This document shows positions 45,594 to 55,836 of a stretch of DNA of 64,000 bases, in pieces (positions within the stretch are counted from its first letter, which is position 1; each line of letters opens with the position of its first letter). The position numbers were made by a program, and so were the translations under genes. The stretch is taken from NCBI GenBank assembly GCA_034505495.1, contig JAPDQV010000001.1, positions 145,892-209,891 of the forward strand. The letters are read 5' to 3'. This DNA is from Candidatus Zhuqueibacterota bacterium. Lineage in GTDB: Bacteria > Zhuqueibacterota > Zhuqueibacteria > Residuimicrobiales > Krinioviventaceae. The notes under the pieces are model-generated. The model worked only from the letters and a program-made list of their open reading frames with translations. It did not search any database and had not been told where the DNA came from.

Positions 45594-46265
45594 ATGTCGT
45601 TAATGAAGCATCGCGATGTGATTCTCAAGACTCTATTCTATTTAGGGCTGCTCTTGCTATTTTTGTTAATGGCCCTCTGTTCCCATAAACCGCCAGCGTT
45701 CGATCCGCTCGACTATTTTCCGCTCGCGGAAGGCAATCAGTGGCTCTTTAGCGGCGATCTGCAGGTTTTGACGATCAAAGAGATCAAGCATATAGAGAAA
45801 TCATTACAGGCGACGGCAGTTTTTTCCGATACTCTTTTGACGCCCCTATGGCGCGAGACCTATCTCCTGAAAGACGGGCAGCTGCAGTGGACTGATTTCG
45901 AACCGGCAACGCAAATTTTGCCAAAGGTTACTTTCGAACCTCCGCTCCCTGCGGCGCCGTTTTCCGTCCTTGTCGGCGATGTACGAAAAATAACCGGCGT
46001 GGAAATCCGAATCGATTCGACCGGCGCAACAAAGCGCGTACCCATCACTGTCGAGTATCGCATCAACGCGGTCGAGAATGTCGAAACTCCAGTCGGATCC
46101 TTTGAGAACTGCATCAAAATGACCTCAGAGTTTCAATACCCATCTGCCGATGATCATCCGCTGTTCGTCGACCGGCATATCTGGTGGTTTGCCAAGTCCG
46201 TTGGGCCGGTCAAATACGAATTACCCTCTTCAAGCGGAGAATTGATCGGCTTTAAGCTTCATTAG
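45594..46265 (+). CDS. hypothetical secreted/lipo-protein
   Basis: Hydrophobic signal LFYLGLLLLFLLMALCS; no known domain. Confidence 0.4.
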   Translation: MSLMKHRDVILKTLFYLGLLLLFLLMALCSHKPPAFDPLDYFPLAEGNQWLFSGDLQVLTIKEIKHIEKSLQATAVFSDTLLTPLWRETYLLKDGQLQWTDFEPATQILPKVTFEPPLPAAPFSVLVGDVRKITGVEIRIDSTGATKRVPITVEYRINAVENVETPVGSFENCIKMTSEFQYPSADDHPLFVDRHIWWFAKSVGPVKYELPSSSGELIGFKLH

Positions 46266-46377
46266 TACATTTTTCACCGCTCGCCATCTGCTCTATAAAT
46301 TACAAAGGATTGAATTTTTCCCCGCTCAAACGAATTTCCTATCAAAAGCATTCGACTCGTTAACCCCCTGTGTCCCA

Positions 46378-47187
46378 CTAAAAAGTTATGCGGCAGCAGA
46401 GTAAGGGAGAGAAAAATTCAAAAGAGGGTAGCACGGCCAGCCGCAGGGTGGTGTGGGGTTTTACGCGAAACAGGAGATCAGTCTGAGCGGCACTCCACAC
46501 TGCTGCATAGCCGAGCCACAACGCGTTACGAGTTTTGTAGGCAGAGTTGTAAACAGAATAGGTATGACGGATTTGCTCGAGGTCGACGGCGTTGAGATAA
46601 AGGGCCTCTTTTTCTCGACAGTCGATGGTTGCATCCACAGCACCAGCCAGTAAGAAAGAGCCCAGAAGCATAAAGGCGACGCCGCTTTTCCGGCTTCCGG
46701 CCAAGAGATGTCCCAATCCTGGTAAGACCATAGACGGAGGCAGTACGCGGCGATAAAAGCCGCTGCTCGATTCGATCAATCGAACTGTGTCGGTGCGAAC
46801 GACGACGTGCTGCACAGTCTCCGGTCGTACCGCATCTGTAAAAGCCTGTTTGACCTCTTCAAAAAAGCGAACAAGCTTGGGTGAGGTAAAAGTGGGATCG
46901 AGCTGATGGTCGATATCGATTTTGAGAATAGCCGCATAAGCGGCAAACGCTTCCTGCGGCTGATTGAGTGAATAATGCGACGCCGCTTTAAGTTCATAGA
47001 TTTTCACCCGCTGAAAGCCATCGATCGGCGCTGATGAGGAAAGCAGCGAATCGGCCAATTCGATGACGCGATTATAATTAAAATCGCGATAATTCTTTTC
47101 GAGTTCTTCGAGAGAAATCTGCTTCGCCGCCAGTGCGGCCGTCAGGAACAGCCAAAGAATCAGTCGTCCGCCGCTCATTTGACACAT
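46378..47187 (-). CDS. hypothetical protein with signal peptide, TPR-like N-half and hydrophobic C-half
   Basis: Start overlaps 3' end of Kelch gene by 13 nt; no enzyme motifs. Confidence 0.4.
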   Translation of the reverse strand: MCQMSGGRLILWLFLTAALAAKQISLEELEKNYRDFNYNRVIELADSLLSSSAPIDGFQRVKIYELKAASHYSLNQPQEAFAAYAAILKIDIDHQLDPTFTSPKLVRFFEEVKQAFTDAVRPETVQHVVVRTDTVRLIESSSGFYRRVLPPSMVLPGLGHLLAGSRKSGVAFMLLGSFLLAGAVDATIDCREKEALYLNAVDLEQIRHTYSVYNSAYKTRNALWLGYAAVWSAAQTDLLFRVKPHTTLRLAVLPSFEFFSPLLCCRITF

Positions 47188-48455
47188 ATGATTTTTCGCG
47201 TCAAAATTTGCTCGCCCGCCGTCAGCCGGACAAAATAAATGCCGCTTGGCACGTTTTCAGCGTTCCAAACGATTTCATGCCTGCCGTTGGGTAAGAATTT
47301 ATTGAGAAGCTGATCGATACGGCTTCCGTCTGAAGCAAAAACGTCGAGCCTGACCTCCGCCGATCTGTCTATTTCGAAAACAATGGTCGTCCGATTGTTG
47401 AACGGATTAGGATAAATGTGCAGCAGGGTCCAGCGATCGGCGAATTCGACTCTTTCCTTTACTGAGGAGCTCGATGTAAGGGCGAGCTGCTCCACCTCCT
47501 GAACTACTTGGAATCCATTGTTGCCTCCGAATAAATAAATAGATCCGTCAAGATAGACGGCAGTCGCTTCGCGGCGCGGTATGTTTATTTCCGCCTGTGC
47601 TTCGGACATAGAAATGCGATTCGGAGTTCGATGAAATACAAGCACGGAACGAGATGCCCGTAGTTTTTCGTTATAGCCGCCGATCAGATAGACGGTATCG
47701 CTCGGCGTTTTAACGGAGGCAAAACCGGCGAGCGGTCGAATCAGATCTGGATGAATACGCTCAAAGCGCCAAGTGGCCAAGTCGAGCTCGTATATGCGGC
47801 TTGAAACGCCCAATCGGATGCCGCCGAACAAAACCACTTTTCCATTCAACAACACGGCGCGCTGGTCGTACTGCAGTTGTCCCGGAAAATCGTCCAAAAT
47901 GCGTACGATGCGGTTTTCCTTCAAATCAAAGACCATCAAGTAGGGAGGCGCAACCGGGCCGGTCGGCGAGTAATAGCCGCCGAGAATCAGCAGCAAGTCA
48001 TTATAAAGCACTCCGGCAGCGCCGATGCGCAGCAGCTGCTCGGGAGCCTGCAGGAATTGGGATTTGCCGTCTTTTAATGAAAACAGCTCCACGCCGGCTA
48101 TCTTTTCCCGGCCGATTTTATCGCTTCGCCCGCCGACAAGTAGTACATGGTCATTCCACAGTTGGGCAACAAATTGGCCGCGTGCCTCCAGCATGCGGCC
48201 GAAAATCGACCACCGTTGACCCGCAGGCGCCTTCGGATCGAAACATTGCACCAAATCCGTCGGTGCCCGCAACGAATCGGAAAAACCGCCGAAAAGGTAA
48301 ATTTTGTTCTCATAGCTTACTGCCTCGGCGCCGACCACGGGCACGGGCATGTTGTCCGGTAAAACGGTCCATTGGCTTTGCGGCCACACGGCTGCCGCGG
48401 GCAGAAAGCAAAACAACAATATTCGAACTTTGGACATCTCTTTGAACTTTTTCAT
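47175..48455 (-). CDS. Kelch-repeat beta-propeller protein with T9SS C-terminal sorting domain
   Basis: Six Kelch-like repeats (IYLFGG, VLLVGG, LLILGGYY, VVLFGG, VYLIGGYN, IYLFGGNN); C-terminal ...IYPNPFNNRTTIVFEI...LDVFASDGSRI...SGIYFVRL (T9SS type A CTD). Confidence 0.7.
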   Translation of the reverse strand: MKKFKEMSKVRILLFCFLPAAAVWPQSQWTVLPDNMPVPVVGAEAVSYENKIYLFGGFSDSLRAPTDLVQCFDPKAPAGQRWSIFGRMLEARGQFVAQLWNDHVLLVGGRSDKIGREKIAGVELFSLKDGKSQFLQAPEQLLRIGAAGVLYNDLLLILGGYYSPTGPVAPPYLMVFDLKENRIVRILDDFPGQLQYDQRAVLLNGKVVLFGGIRLGVSSRIYELDLATWRFERIHPDLIRPLAGFASVKTPSDTVYLIGGYNEKLRASRSVLVFHRTPNRISMSEAQAEINIPRREATAVYLDGSIYLFGGNNGFQVVQEVEQLALTSSSSVKERVEFADRWTLLHIYPNPFNNRTTIVFEIDRSAEVRLDVFASDGSRIDQLLNKFLPNGRHEIVWNAENVPSGIYFVRLTAGEQILTRKIICVK

Positions 48456-48490
48456 CGCTTTTTCATTTGCAACAAGCGTACCTTTTAGGG

Positions 48491-49963
48491 TTAAGGGGCG
48501 CTTTTGCGGTTTTGCTCATCGAATGCAAAGTGGACGTACAACGTTTCGCCGCAGGCTGCAATGATCCGCTCTTCATGGCGCCCAAATTGCGGATTTTCAA
48601 TACGTAACCAATGCTCCCCAGCTGGGATGATGATCAGGTCTTTAAAAGGGGTAACGCCGATAAATTGATTATCGAGATAGACTTCTCCCCATGGATAGAC
48701 CTGACATTGCAGTCGGGCGACCAGCGTATCCAGATTTACGGCAACGGTCTGCATTTTTCGCGGGGAGATGCGAACAGTTTGCGTAAAAGTCGGATAATTC
48801 GGGTGTTTTAATTCGAGTAGATGCTCGCCGGTTGGAAGCACTAGAGCTTCCGATAACGGTGTGGTGTCGATCAAACGTCCGTCCAGCCAAACTTCCGCCC
48901 ACGGTAGACAGCGGATCATCAGGCTGCCCGAAGCGCTTTCTACGGCTTTTTGCTCCCGCACCTTTTGTCTTTCTGGTTCGGCCTCTTCGACGCGTTGAAT
49001 TTGCGGCGGCTGGAGCGAATCGCCTTGATCCGAATCCGCGGCCGCAGCAGGCAACGGCTTTGATTCATTCAGGGAGGGCGATCGGGAACTGAAGAGCAGA
49101 ACGGCGATCCCTGCCGCGGCGGCAGCGATTATCGGGATCAGGATTGGGATTCGGCGACGCTTTTTAGGCGCTTCCACGGTGTTGCCGAGAAGCCGCAAAA
49201 GCGTTTCGGCAGAATCGAGCCGTTCGGACGGGTTTTTTGCCAAGAGTTTGGAAAGGATCGGCGATATTTCCGGCGGAGCCTGTGAGCAATCGACAGAGAG
49301 GGAAAGAATGCGGTTGAGCGTCGTGCCGATGTCCTCCCCGAGAAACGGGTTGGCGCCGATAAACAGCTCGCAGACGATAATGCCGAGAGAAAACAGATCG
49401 CTTTGCGGTGTAAGCGGTCGGCCGAGAATTTGTTCGGGCGACATGTATCCCGGCGTGCCTACGATCGATGAGGGATGGGTAAGAGTAGGTTCGCCGGAGA
49501 TGACCGCCAGGCCGAAATCGGCGATTTTGACCTGCAGATTGTCATTGACGAGAATGTTTTCCGGCTTGAGGTCGCGGTGAATGATGCCGAAGCGATGCGC
49601 GGCGGCCAAGCCGGCCGCCAGCTGTTTCAGGATATGCAGTTTTTCTGCAGAGGTAAGCGGCCGCCCGCTCATCAGTTGACGCAGGTTGCAGCTTTCGAAA
49701 TATTCGAACGAGATGTAGAACTGATCTCCCTGGCTGCCGAAATCGAGAACCCGAATTACATTCGGGTGTTCGAGCTTGGCGAGAGATCGTGCTTCGCGCT
49801 GAAATCGTTCCAAGGCGGCCGCATCGGCATGGCGGCGATCGAGGGTTTTCAGTAAAATGCGCTTGCCCAAATAGCGGTGATGCGCAGCATAAACGCCCAT
49901 CGCCTGGTCTTTTTTCAGGCACTCGAGGAGTTCGAATTTTTCGAACAATACCTCACTCATCAT
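48491..49963 (-). CDS. Ser/Thr protein kinase with TM segment and C-terminal PEGA-like repeats
   Basis: HRDLKPENIL, DFGLA, SPE motifs; TM helix IPILIPIIAAAAAGIAVLLF; two extracellular PEGA-like beta repeats. Confidence 0.85.
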   Translation of the reverse strand: MMSEVLFEKFELLECLKKDQAMGVYAAHHRYLGKRILLKTLDRRHADAAALERFQREARSLAKLEHPNVIRVLDFGSQGDQFYISFEYFESCNLRQLMSGRPLTSAEKLHILKQLAAGLAAAHRFGIIHRDLKPENILVNDNLQVKIADFGLAVISGEPTLTHPSSIVGTPGYMSPEQILGRPLTPQSDLFSLGIIVCELFIGANPFLGEDIGTTLNRILSLSVDCSQAPPEISPILSKLLAKNPSERLDSAETLLRLLGNTVEAPKKRRRIPILIPIIAAAAAGIAVLLFSSRSPSLNESKPLPAAAADSDQGDSLQPPQIQRVEEAEPERQKVREQKAVESASGSLMIRCLPWAEVWLDGRLIDTTPLSEALVLPTGEHLLELKHPNYPTFTQTVRISPRKMQTVAVNLDTLVARLQCQVYPWGEVYLDNQFIGVTPFKDLIIIPAGEHWLRIENPQFGRHEERIIAACGETLYVHFAFDEQNRKSAP

Positions 49964-51440
49964 GAGCCTGTTCGGCTTGTTCCATCTCTTTCAGTTTAAG
50001 TTGAATCCAACGCACGGAAACTCCCAGGCTTTTTGCAGCTTGAGTGCGATTGTTGTTGCAGGCTTTTAAGCGCTGCATCAATATTTTTGTTTCGATTTCT
50101 TTGAGCGTTCCCGTTAATGCGACGTCTTCGGAGGCTTCATCGAGAAGAATATGCTCGGGGCCTATTTTTTCGCCGTCGCAGAGAATGACGGCGCGATGCA
50201 GCACATTAACAAGCTGACGAATGTTGCCGGGCCAGGAGTAGTTCATTAATTTTCGCATGCTTTCGGGGGTCGGGGTTGCCGTGCAGCCGAGTTTGGTCAA
50301 ATGGCGGTGAACCAGCAGGGGGATGTCTTCGCGTCGCTCTCGCAACGGCGGCAGAACGATGGGAAAGACGTTCAGCCGATAATAGAGGTCTTCGCGAAAG
50401 CGGCCGTTTTTGACGAGCTCTTTGAGGTCGCGATTGGTGGCGGCGATGATGCGCACGTCTATTTTGCGCACCTGCGTTTCGCCGAGACGAATGATCTCCT
50501 GATTTTCCAGCACGCGCAGGAGCTTGGTCTGAGTGCTCAAGGGCAGGTCGCCGATTTCGTCCAGGAAAAAAGTGCCGCCGGAAGCGACCTCGAAAAGGCC
50601 CTTTTTATCGCTCACGGCGCCGGTAAAGGCGCCCTTTTTAAAGCCGAACAATTCGCCTTCCAAAAGGGCTTCCGGGATTGAGCCGCAAAATTGAGCGATG
50701 AACGTCCCTTTGCAGCGGTTGCTGAGTTGATGTATGGCCCGAGCGGCCAGCTCTTTGCCGGTGCCGCTCTCGCCGAGGAGGAGTACCGTCGCATCCGTTT
50801 TGGCTACTCGACGGATGAGCTCGGCAACGCGCCGCATCGCGGGGCTTTCGCCGATCATTTCCGGCAACTCCTCCTGCGCTTCGATGCGTTGCCGCAGCAG
50901 CCTGTTCTCATCGCGCAGAGCCTCCAGCTCGATGATGCGGTCCAGGTGCGGCGAAATCAGATGCGAAAAAAGTTCCAGGAACTTGAGGTTTTCCTCGGTA
51001 AAGCGGGTTCGATTGCTGCGGCTGTCGGCAAGAATGACCCCCCAGACTTTGCCATGATGAAAGAGCGGCACGCCGACTATGGATTGAATTCTGTGAATTT
51101 GAATACTTTGAAATTGGGAAACCGTCGCATCAGCCTGAACGTCATGATACAGCTTCGGCTTTCCGCCGGAGGCCACCTGCCGTAGAATTCCAAGCGAAAA
51201 CTGGGAGAGATCGTCGATGCTTTTTTTGTCCATATTGCGGGCGGTGACGATCGTAAAATCGTCATCGACACAACGTGCGAACAAGCCGCGTTCGGCGCCC
51301 AAAACTTCGATGACCCAATCCAGCGCCTGGGCAATCAGATGCTCTTGAAGTTCGACGCCGTGAAACAAACGGCTGATGCGCAAGAGCGTTTCGAGTTGAT
51401 CCTGGCGCAGATCGAGTGTTTGAAAATCGTTCTGTTTCAT
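49953..51440 (-). CDS. sigma-54-dependent transcriptional activator (GAF - AAA+ - Fis HTH)
   Basis: GESGTGKE Walker A, GAFTGA loop, ESELFG-like motif, C-terminal HTH; 11-nt overlap with downstream kinase gene. Confidence 0.85.
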   Translation of the reverse strand: MKQNDFQTLDLRQDQLETLLRISRLFHGVELQEHLIAQALDWVIEVLGAERGLFARCVDDDFTIVTARNMDKKSIDDLSQFSLGILRQVASGGKPKLYHDVQADATVSQFQSIQIHRIQSIVGVPLFHHGKVWGVILADSRSNRTRFTEENLKFLELFSHLISPHLDRIIELEALRDENRLLRQRIEAQEELPEMIGESPAMRRVAELIRRVAKTDATVLLLGESGTGKELAARAIHQLSNRCKGTFIAQFCGSIPEALLEGELFGFKKGAFTGAVSDKKGLFEVASGGTFFLDEIGDLPLSTQTKLLRVLENQEIIRLGETQVRKIDVRIIAATNRDLKELVKNGRFREDLYYRLNVFPIVLPPLRERREDIPLLVHRHLTKLGCTATPTPESMRKLMNYSWPGNIRQLVNVLHRAVILCDGEKIGPEHILLDEASEDVALTGTLKEIETKILMQRLKACNNNRTQAAKSLGVSVRWIQLKLKEMEQAEQAHDE

Positions 51441-52669
51441 GGCATCTCTGCTATACTAAAAGATCCGGGTTTGGAGCGGGCGCTGTTGCCGAATTCATCG
51501 ATGCACCAAACCATCCATACATACTCTCCCGGCGGTAAGGCGGCGCTGACGGTATGCGCAAGCGAATCGGAAGAGATGCCTTTTCTGCTGTATTTCAGTT
51601 GAGGAATAAAGTCGCTATTGGTGTAAATCTCTACGGAAAAGGAAAAGGAAAATCCGGGTGTAAAGGGCAGCCAGCGCAAAGGGAACGGCGGATACACTAT
51701 CTCGCCGTTGATGGGGGATGTAAGCTCTATTTCGTCGAGAATGACGCGTTCCACACGTTCGACGCCCAATAGATGATTATCTCCCTCCTGATCGACGACG
51801 TAAAGCTGAAAATCGTGTCCCACGCACTGCGCCAGCGAATTCAAACCGAGCTCGCTCAAAGAAAAACTTTTGCGAAAAATTTTTGCAGAAAAATCATAAG
51901 GAAGTTCGGCACGAAAGGAATTGAGAGATGAGGCAATGTACACAGAATCAATGTCGTTTTCTGCATCAATGACTTTGGCCTCGACTTCAAGGTGAAAAAG
52001 ACGGCGGGAACCGTAATAATTTTCGACCACACTGTAAACCTTGAAACCGTATAAAATCGGCAAGGCATTTAAAAAAACATCCTGAGTGATGGATTCTCGG
52101 CCGTTAAAGTCGATTTTCTGGTATATCGTTTTATAGCCTTTTTTTTCAAAAATAAGATTGCCGACTCCGGCTGTCGACCTATTAAAGTGGTAGCGGCCGC
52201 CGTCATCGGTAAAGGTATAGATGTTTGCCGGCTGCCAAGTGACCTTGACGCCTGCAATCGGTCGCGGCGGCGACTTGAGCGTCAATACTTTGCCGCTGAT
52301 CGTGGGCAGCGGCTGCAAAAAAATGTCAATTTCCTGCGCAAGTCCTTTGCTCCAATCGATGAAAACCGAATCTTCGAAAAAGTTTTCTTTGGAAATGAAT
52401 AACATGCCGTTCTGCGGCAGCAGGTGGGCAAAACTAAATTGGCCGGATGAATCGCTGACGGTCATACGATTTTGCGCCGGCAGAAAAATTTTTGCCCCGC
52501 GTATTACCTGCATGGGATCGGCGGCGGATCTAATTCGGCCGCTGAGCGAAGCCCAATCAAAATGGGGATTCAACGGATCAAACGGATTGCGGTGCGGAGC
52601 TTCGCATACGCAAAACAGGGTTGTCGAGGCTATGGTAAGGTAAAGAAATATTTGCAGCTGATTTTTCAT
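51437..52669 (-). CDS. secreted protein with carboxypeptidase-regulatory-like (CarbopepD_reg) domains
   Basis: Signal peptide; repeated GxVxD..G.Pi.GvkV motif segments; 4-nt overlap with sigma-54 activator start. Confidence 0.45.
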   Translation of the reverse strand: MKNQLQIFLYLTIASTTLFCVCEAPHRNPFDPLNPHFDWASLSGRIRSAADPMQVIRGAKIFLPAQNRMTVSDSSGQFSFAHLLPQNGMLFISKENFFEDSVFIDWSKGLAQEIDIFLQPLPTISGKVLTLKSPPRPIAGVKVTWQPANIYTFTDDGGRYHFNRSTAGVGNLIFEKKGYKTIYQKIDFNGRESITQDVFLNALPILYGFKVYSVVENYYGSRRLFHLEVEAKVIDAENDIDSVYIASSLNSFRAELPYDFSAKIFRKSFSLSELGLNSLAQCVGHDFQLYVVDQEGDNHLLGVERVERVILDEIELTSPINGEIVYPPFPLRWLPFTPGFSFSFSVEIYTNSDFIPQLKYSRKGISSDSLAHTVSAALPPGEYVWMVWCIDEFGNSARSKPGSFSIAEMP

Positions 52670-52832
52670 AACCGGAGGAGTTGGTTCCACCTTTTTAACG
52701 TAAGTAAATCATTGCATTTTTCAAATACAAAAGAAAAAATTCTTGGGAAATGACTAGAATCTTTATTCTTGAGTTTATCGGTGCAATTCAATATTTTGTT
52801 TTACTAAAATTTGGAACCGTATCGGGGATAGA

Positions 52833-54197
52833 ATGACACAACTAAAGAATTTGATGGTTTCAGTTTCCGGGATTCGCGGCATTGTCGGTGACGGCCTGAC
52901 GCCCGAGGCTGCACTGCAGCTTGCGCAGGCTTATGGAAGCGAATTCGGGCCGGGAAAGATCGTGTTGGCGCGCGATTCGCGGGTTACCGGGCCGATGCTC
53001 AAACATGCCGTCATCGCCGGATTAATGGCCGTCGGCTGCGATGTCGTTGATCTCGACCTGGCTGCAACCCCTACCGCCGAACTGATCACCGAACGACCCG
53101 AGCACGCCGGTGGTATCATCATTACCGCCAGCCATAATCCCAAAGAGTGGAACGCGCTCAAGCTGTTGGCGCCTGACGGCCTGTTTCTTCGACCGGATCA
53201 AGGGCAAAAGGTCATCGACCGCGTCTATAAGAGCAATTTCAGCTTTGTTCCCTGGAATCGAATCGGACGGTACTATACTTACAACGATGCGGCCGGCGAG
53301 CATGTCTCTCGGATTCTTGAGCTGCCGATTATCGATGCGGAACGAATACGAGGCAAAAAGTTCAAAGTGGTTGTCGATTGCTGCAACGGCGCCGGGGAAG
53401 CCGTGCTGCCCAAGCTGTTCGAGGCATTCGGATGCAGCGTGACTTGGTTGAATCGCGAAGCCAACGGACTGTTTCCGCGCAATCCGGAGCCGGTGCCGGA
53501 AAATCTGACCGAGCTGTCGGAGGCGGTACGGCGGTCGCGCGCCGATTTCGGCCTGGCTGTGGATCCAGACGTCGATCGTCTCGCCTTGGTCGATGAAAAA
53601 GGTATCCCATTGGGTGAGGAATACACACTGGTGTTGGCCGTGCGATTTGTATTGAGCAAAACGCCCGGCGATGTGGTGGTCAACGCCTCTACGACGCGCG
53701 CCATAGACGACGTCGCGGCGCCCTACGGCCGTGTGCACCGCACACCGGTCGGGGAAATTCATGTTGCCGTCAAAGCGCAGCAAATCGGCGCCGTGATGGC
53801 CGGCGAGGGGAACGGCGGAGTAATGTACCCCGAGTTACACATCGGCCGCGACGCCCCCATGGGCATCGCCCTGATTCTGCAGTATCTTGCCGAAAGCGGC
53901 AAGCGGCTGTCTGAGCTAAAGGCCGAAGTGCCGCATTATGTCATGATCAAGGACAAGATCGAGCTGGGATTCGGCGTCGATGCCAAGGCGGTCGTCGAAC
54001 GCCTGAAGGAGCAGCTGGCAAATGAAAATCTCAACACCATCGACGGCCTTAAGGTAATCTATCAAGATTCGTGGGTGCATATTAGAGCTTCCAACACCGA
54101 GCCGATCATCCGCATTATTGCCGAAGCGCCGACGCAGGAAAAAACGGTTGAACTAATAGAACATTATAAAGCTGCCGTCGTTCAATTGACAAACTGA
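52833..54197 (+). CDS. alpha-D-phosphohexomutase (phosphoglucosamine mutase / phosphomannomutase family)
   Basis: Active-site TASHNP, GIRGIVGDGLTPE N-terminus, metal-binding DPDVDR. Confidence 0.85.
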   Translation: MTQLKNLMVSVSGIRGIVGDGLTPEAALQLAQAYGSEFGPGKIVLARDSRVTGPMLKHAVIAGLMAVGCDVVDLDLAATPTAELITERPEHAGGIIITASHNPKEWNALKLLAPDGLFLRPDQGQKVIDRVYKSNFSFVPWNRIGRYYTYNDAAGEHVSRILELPIIDAERIRGKKFKVVVDCCNGAGEAVLPKLFEAFGCSVTWLNREANGLFPRNPEPVPENLTELSEAVRRSRADFGLAVDPDVDRLALVDEKGIPLGEEYTLVLAVRFVLSKTPGDVVVNASTTRAIDDVAAPYGRVHRTPVGEIHVAVKAQQIGAVMAGEGNGGVMYPELHIGRDAPMGIALILQYLAESGKRLSELKAEVPHYVMIKDKIELGFGVDAKAVVERLKEQLANENLNTIDGLKVIYQDSWVHIRASNTEPIIRIIAEAPTQEKTVELIEHYKAAVVQLTN

Positions 54198-54223
54198 ACG
54201 CTGTTACTGAAAAGCGAGGGTCT

Positions 54224-54982
54224 ATGTCGCAGCTCTATTTCGAAAGAATCATACGCGAAGCAACGGAGCGACTTGAAACAACGCCGTTGCAGCCGGTTGT
54301 CGACGTCCAATCGCTTACTGCCGAGGGCTTGGCGGCGCTCATCGATCACACACTGCTCAAGCCGGAAGCAACCCTGGAGCAAATTCTCAAGCTTTGTGAA
54401 GAGGCAACGGAACATCGTTTTGCCTCGGTCTGCGTCAATCCTGCTTGGGCGCCTGTGTGCTTGGATCAATTGGCCAACACCGGCGTCGCCGTCTGTTCGG
54501 TAGTGGGCTTTCCGCTGGGTGCTTCGACAATGGAAAACAAGGTGATCGAGGCGGAAGAGCTCGTATCCATGGGGGTCAAAGAGATCGACATGGTCATGAA
54601 CATCGGCAAGCTTAAAGACAAGCAGTATGTATACGTTTTTGAAGAGATCCAGCAGGTTGCCGATATCTGTCGGCGGGGTACCGTCAAGGTAATCCTCGAG
54701 ACTTGTCTTTTAACGGATGAGGAAATCATTGCCGCCTGTGTGCTGGCGAAAGAAGCAGGCGCCAAATTCGTTAAAACTTCCACAGGGTTTAACAAAAGCG
54801 GCGCCACGAAGGAAGCTGTGGCGTTGATGCGCCGGGTTGTCGGCAGGGAGATGGGCGTGAAGGCGGCCGGCGGAATACGCGACACCGCCGCCGCTTTGGA
54901 AATGCTGCGTTCCGGCGCCGACCGCATCGGCAGCAGCGTCGGTCCTACTCTTGTCGCCGGACTGGCTACGCTTCAAAACTAA
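54224..54982 (+). CDS. deoC: deoxyribose-phosphate aldolase
   Basis: DHTLLKPEAT ... catalytic Lys in FVKTSTGF. Confidence 0.85.
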   Translation: MSQLYFERIIREATERLETTPLQPVVDVQSLTAEGLAALIDHTLLKPEATLEQILKLCEEATEHRFASVCVNPAWAPVCLDQLANTGVAVCSVVGFPLGASTMENKVIEAEELVSMGVKEIDMVMNIGKLKDKQYVYVFEEIQQVADICRRGTVKVILETCLLTDEEIIAACVLAKEAGAKFVKTSTGFNKSGATKEAVALMRRVVGREMGVKAAGGIRDTAAALEMLRSGADRIGSSVGPTLVAGLATLQN

Positions 54983-55820
54983 TGCGCGCGGTTTTCTTTT
55001 TTTGATCGACCCATGAGGCAATGAACTCGTCGCCGCATTCGGTTTTAATGCGGTCAATGATTTCATTCCGCACTTCCGCCAAAGATTTGAGCCGCGCCTC
55101 GCCGCGCTCCAGTACCGTCACCAGATGGTAGCCGAACGAAGTAAGAAAAACCGGCGAGATTTCTCCTACTTCCATCGAAAAAACTACCGCATCGAACTCA
55201 GGCACCATTTGGCCTGGCACTATGCGCCCCAAATCTCCGCCCGGTTCCTCGCAGGAAGAATATTCGTCCGCCAGAGCGGCAAAAGATTCGCCCTTCAGCA
55301 GTCTTTTACGCAGCTCAACCATTTCCCGAAAGGCAACTTGAGGCCGCGCCGGATTCGGGCGCATTAAAATTTGCGCCGCATGCACCCAGGGAGGCTCGGT
55401 AAATTCCTCACCATGCCTGCGATAGTAAGCGGCGATCTCCTCCTCGGTCGGTTCAGGCAGACCCGCCGTCAGCTGCGAGAGGAATTGCCGCACGCAAAAA
55501 TTGATCTCGATCTCCTTTCGAACTTGAGCCAGCTCATCCTTTTTCAATCCATGCCGCTGCAGAAAACGGTTTTCGCCGCCCGCCTCTTCAATCAAACGGC
55601 TCAGCTCGTTTTCCACAAGTGCAGGCGGTACGGTTATTTCGCTCTTTTGTGCTTCCTGTCGAATGATGGTCCAGTCGATGATCGTCTCTTTCGTTAATGC
55701 GGAGAGTTGCTCGGGAGAAGCATTTGGATGGATACGGCGCTGGTTTTTCAGTTCTGCAGCAAAAACCTTTTCCGAAATCTCTTCACCGTTAATAATGAAT
55801 TTCATAGTTATGTTGATCAA
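54966..55820 (-). CDS. peptidyl-prolyl cis-trans isomerase, parvulin (PpiC) type, SurA/PrsA-like
   Basis: C-terminal rotamase motif GGDLGRIVPGQMVPEFDAVVFSMEVGEISPV..FGYHLV. Confidence 0.75.
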   Translation of the reverse strand: MINITMKFIINGEEISEKVFAAELKNQRRIHPNASPEQLSALTKETIIDWTIIRQEAQKSEITVPPALVENELSRLIEEAGGENRFLQRHGLKKDELAQVRKEIEINFCVRQFLSQLTAGLPEPTEEEIAAYYRRHGEEFTEPPWVHAAQILMRPNPARPQVAFREMVELRKRLLKGESFAALADEYSSCEEPGGDLGRIVPGQMVPEFDAVVFSMEVGEISPVFLTSFGYHLVTVLERGEARLKSLAEVRNEIIDRIKTECGDEFIASWVDQKKKTARISFEA

Positions 55821-55836
55821 TTTTTCTTAAGGTGCT

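Noticed and set aside
46430-46520. Imperfect inverted repeat (GCAGGGTGGTGTGG … CCACACTGCTGC)
   Set aside because: It is imperfect, has no T-tract, and lies within the C-terminal coding region of ORF 46378-47187. It is probably coincidental.
47240-47265. TTGGCACGTTTTCAGCG, resembling a sigma-54 -24 element
   Set aside because: It lies inside the Kelch gene coding region, and the -12 element (TTGCW) is absent at the correct spacing.
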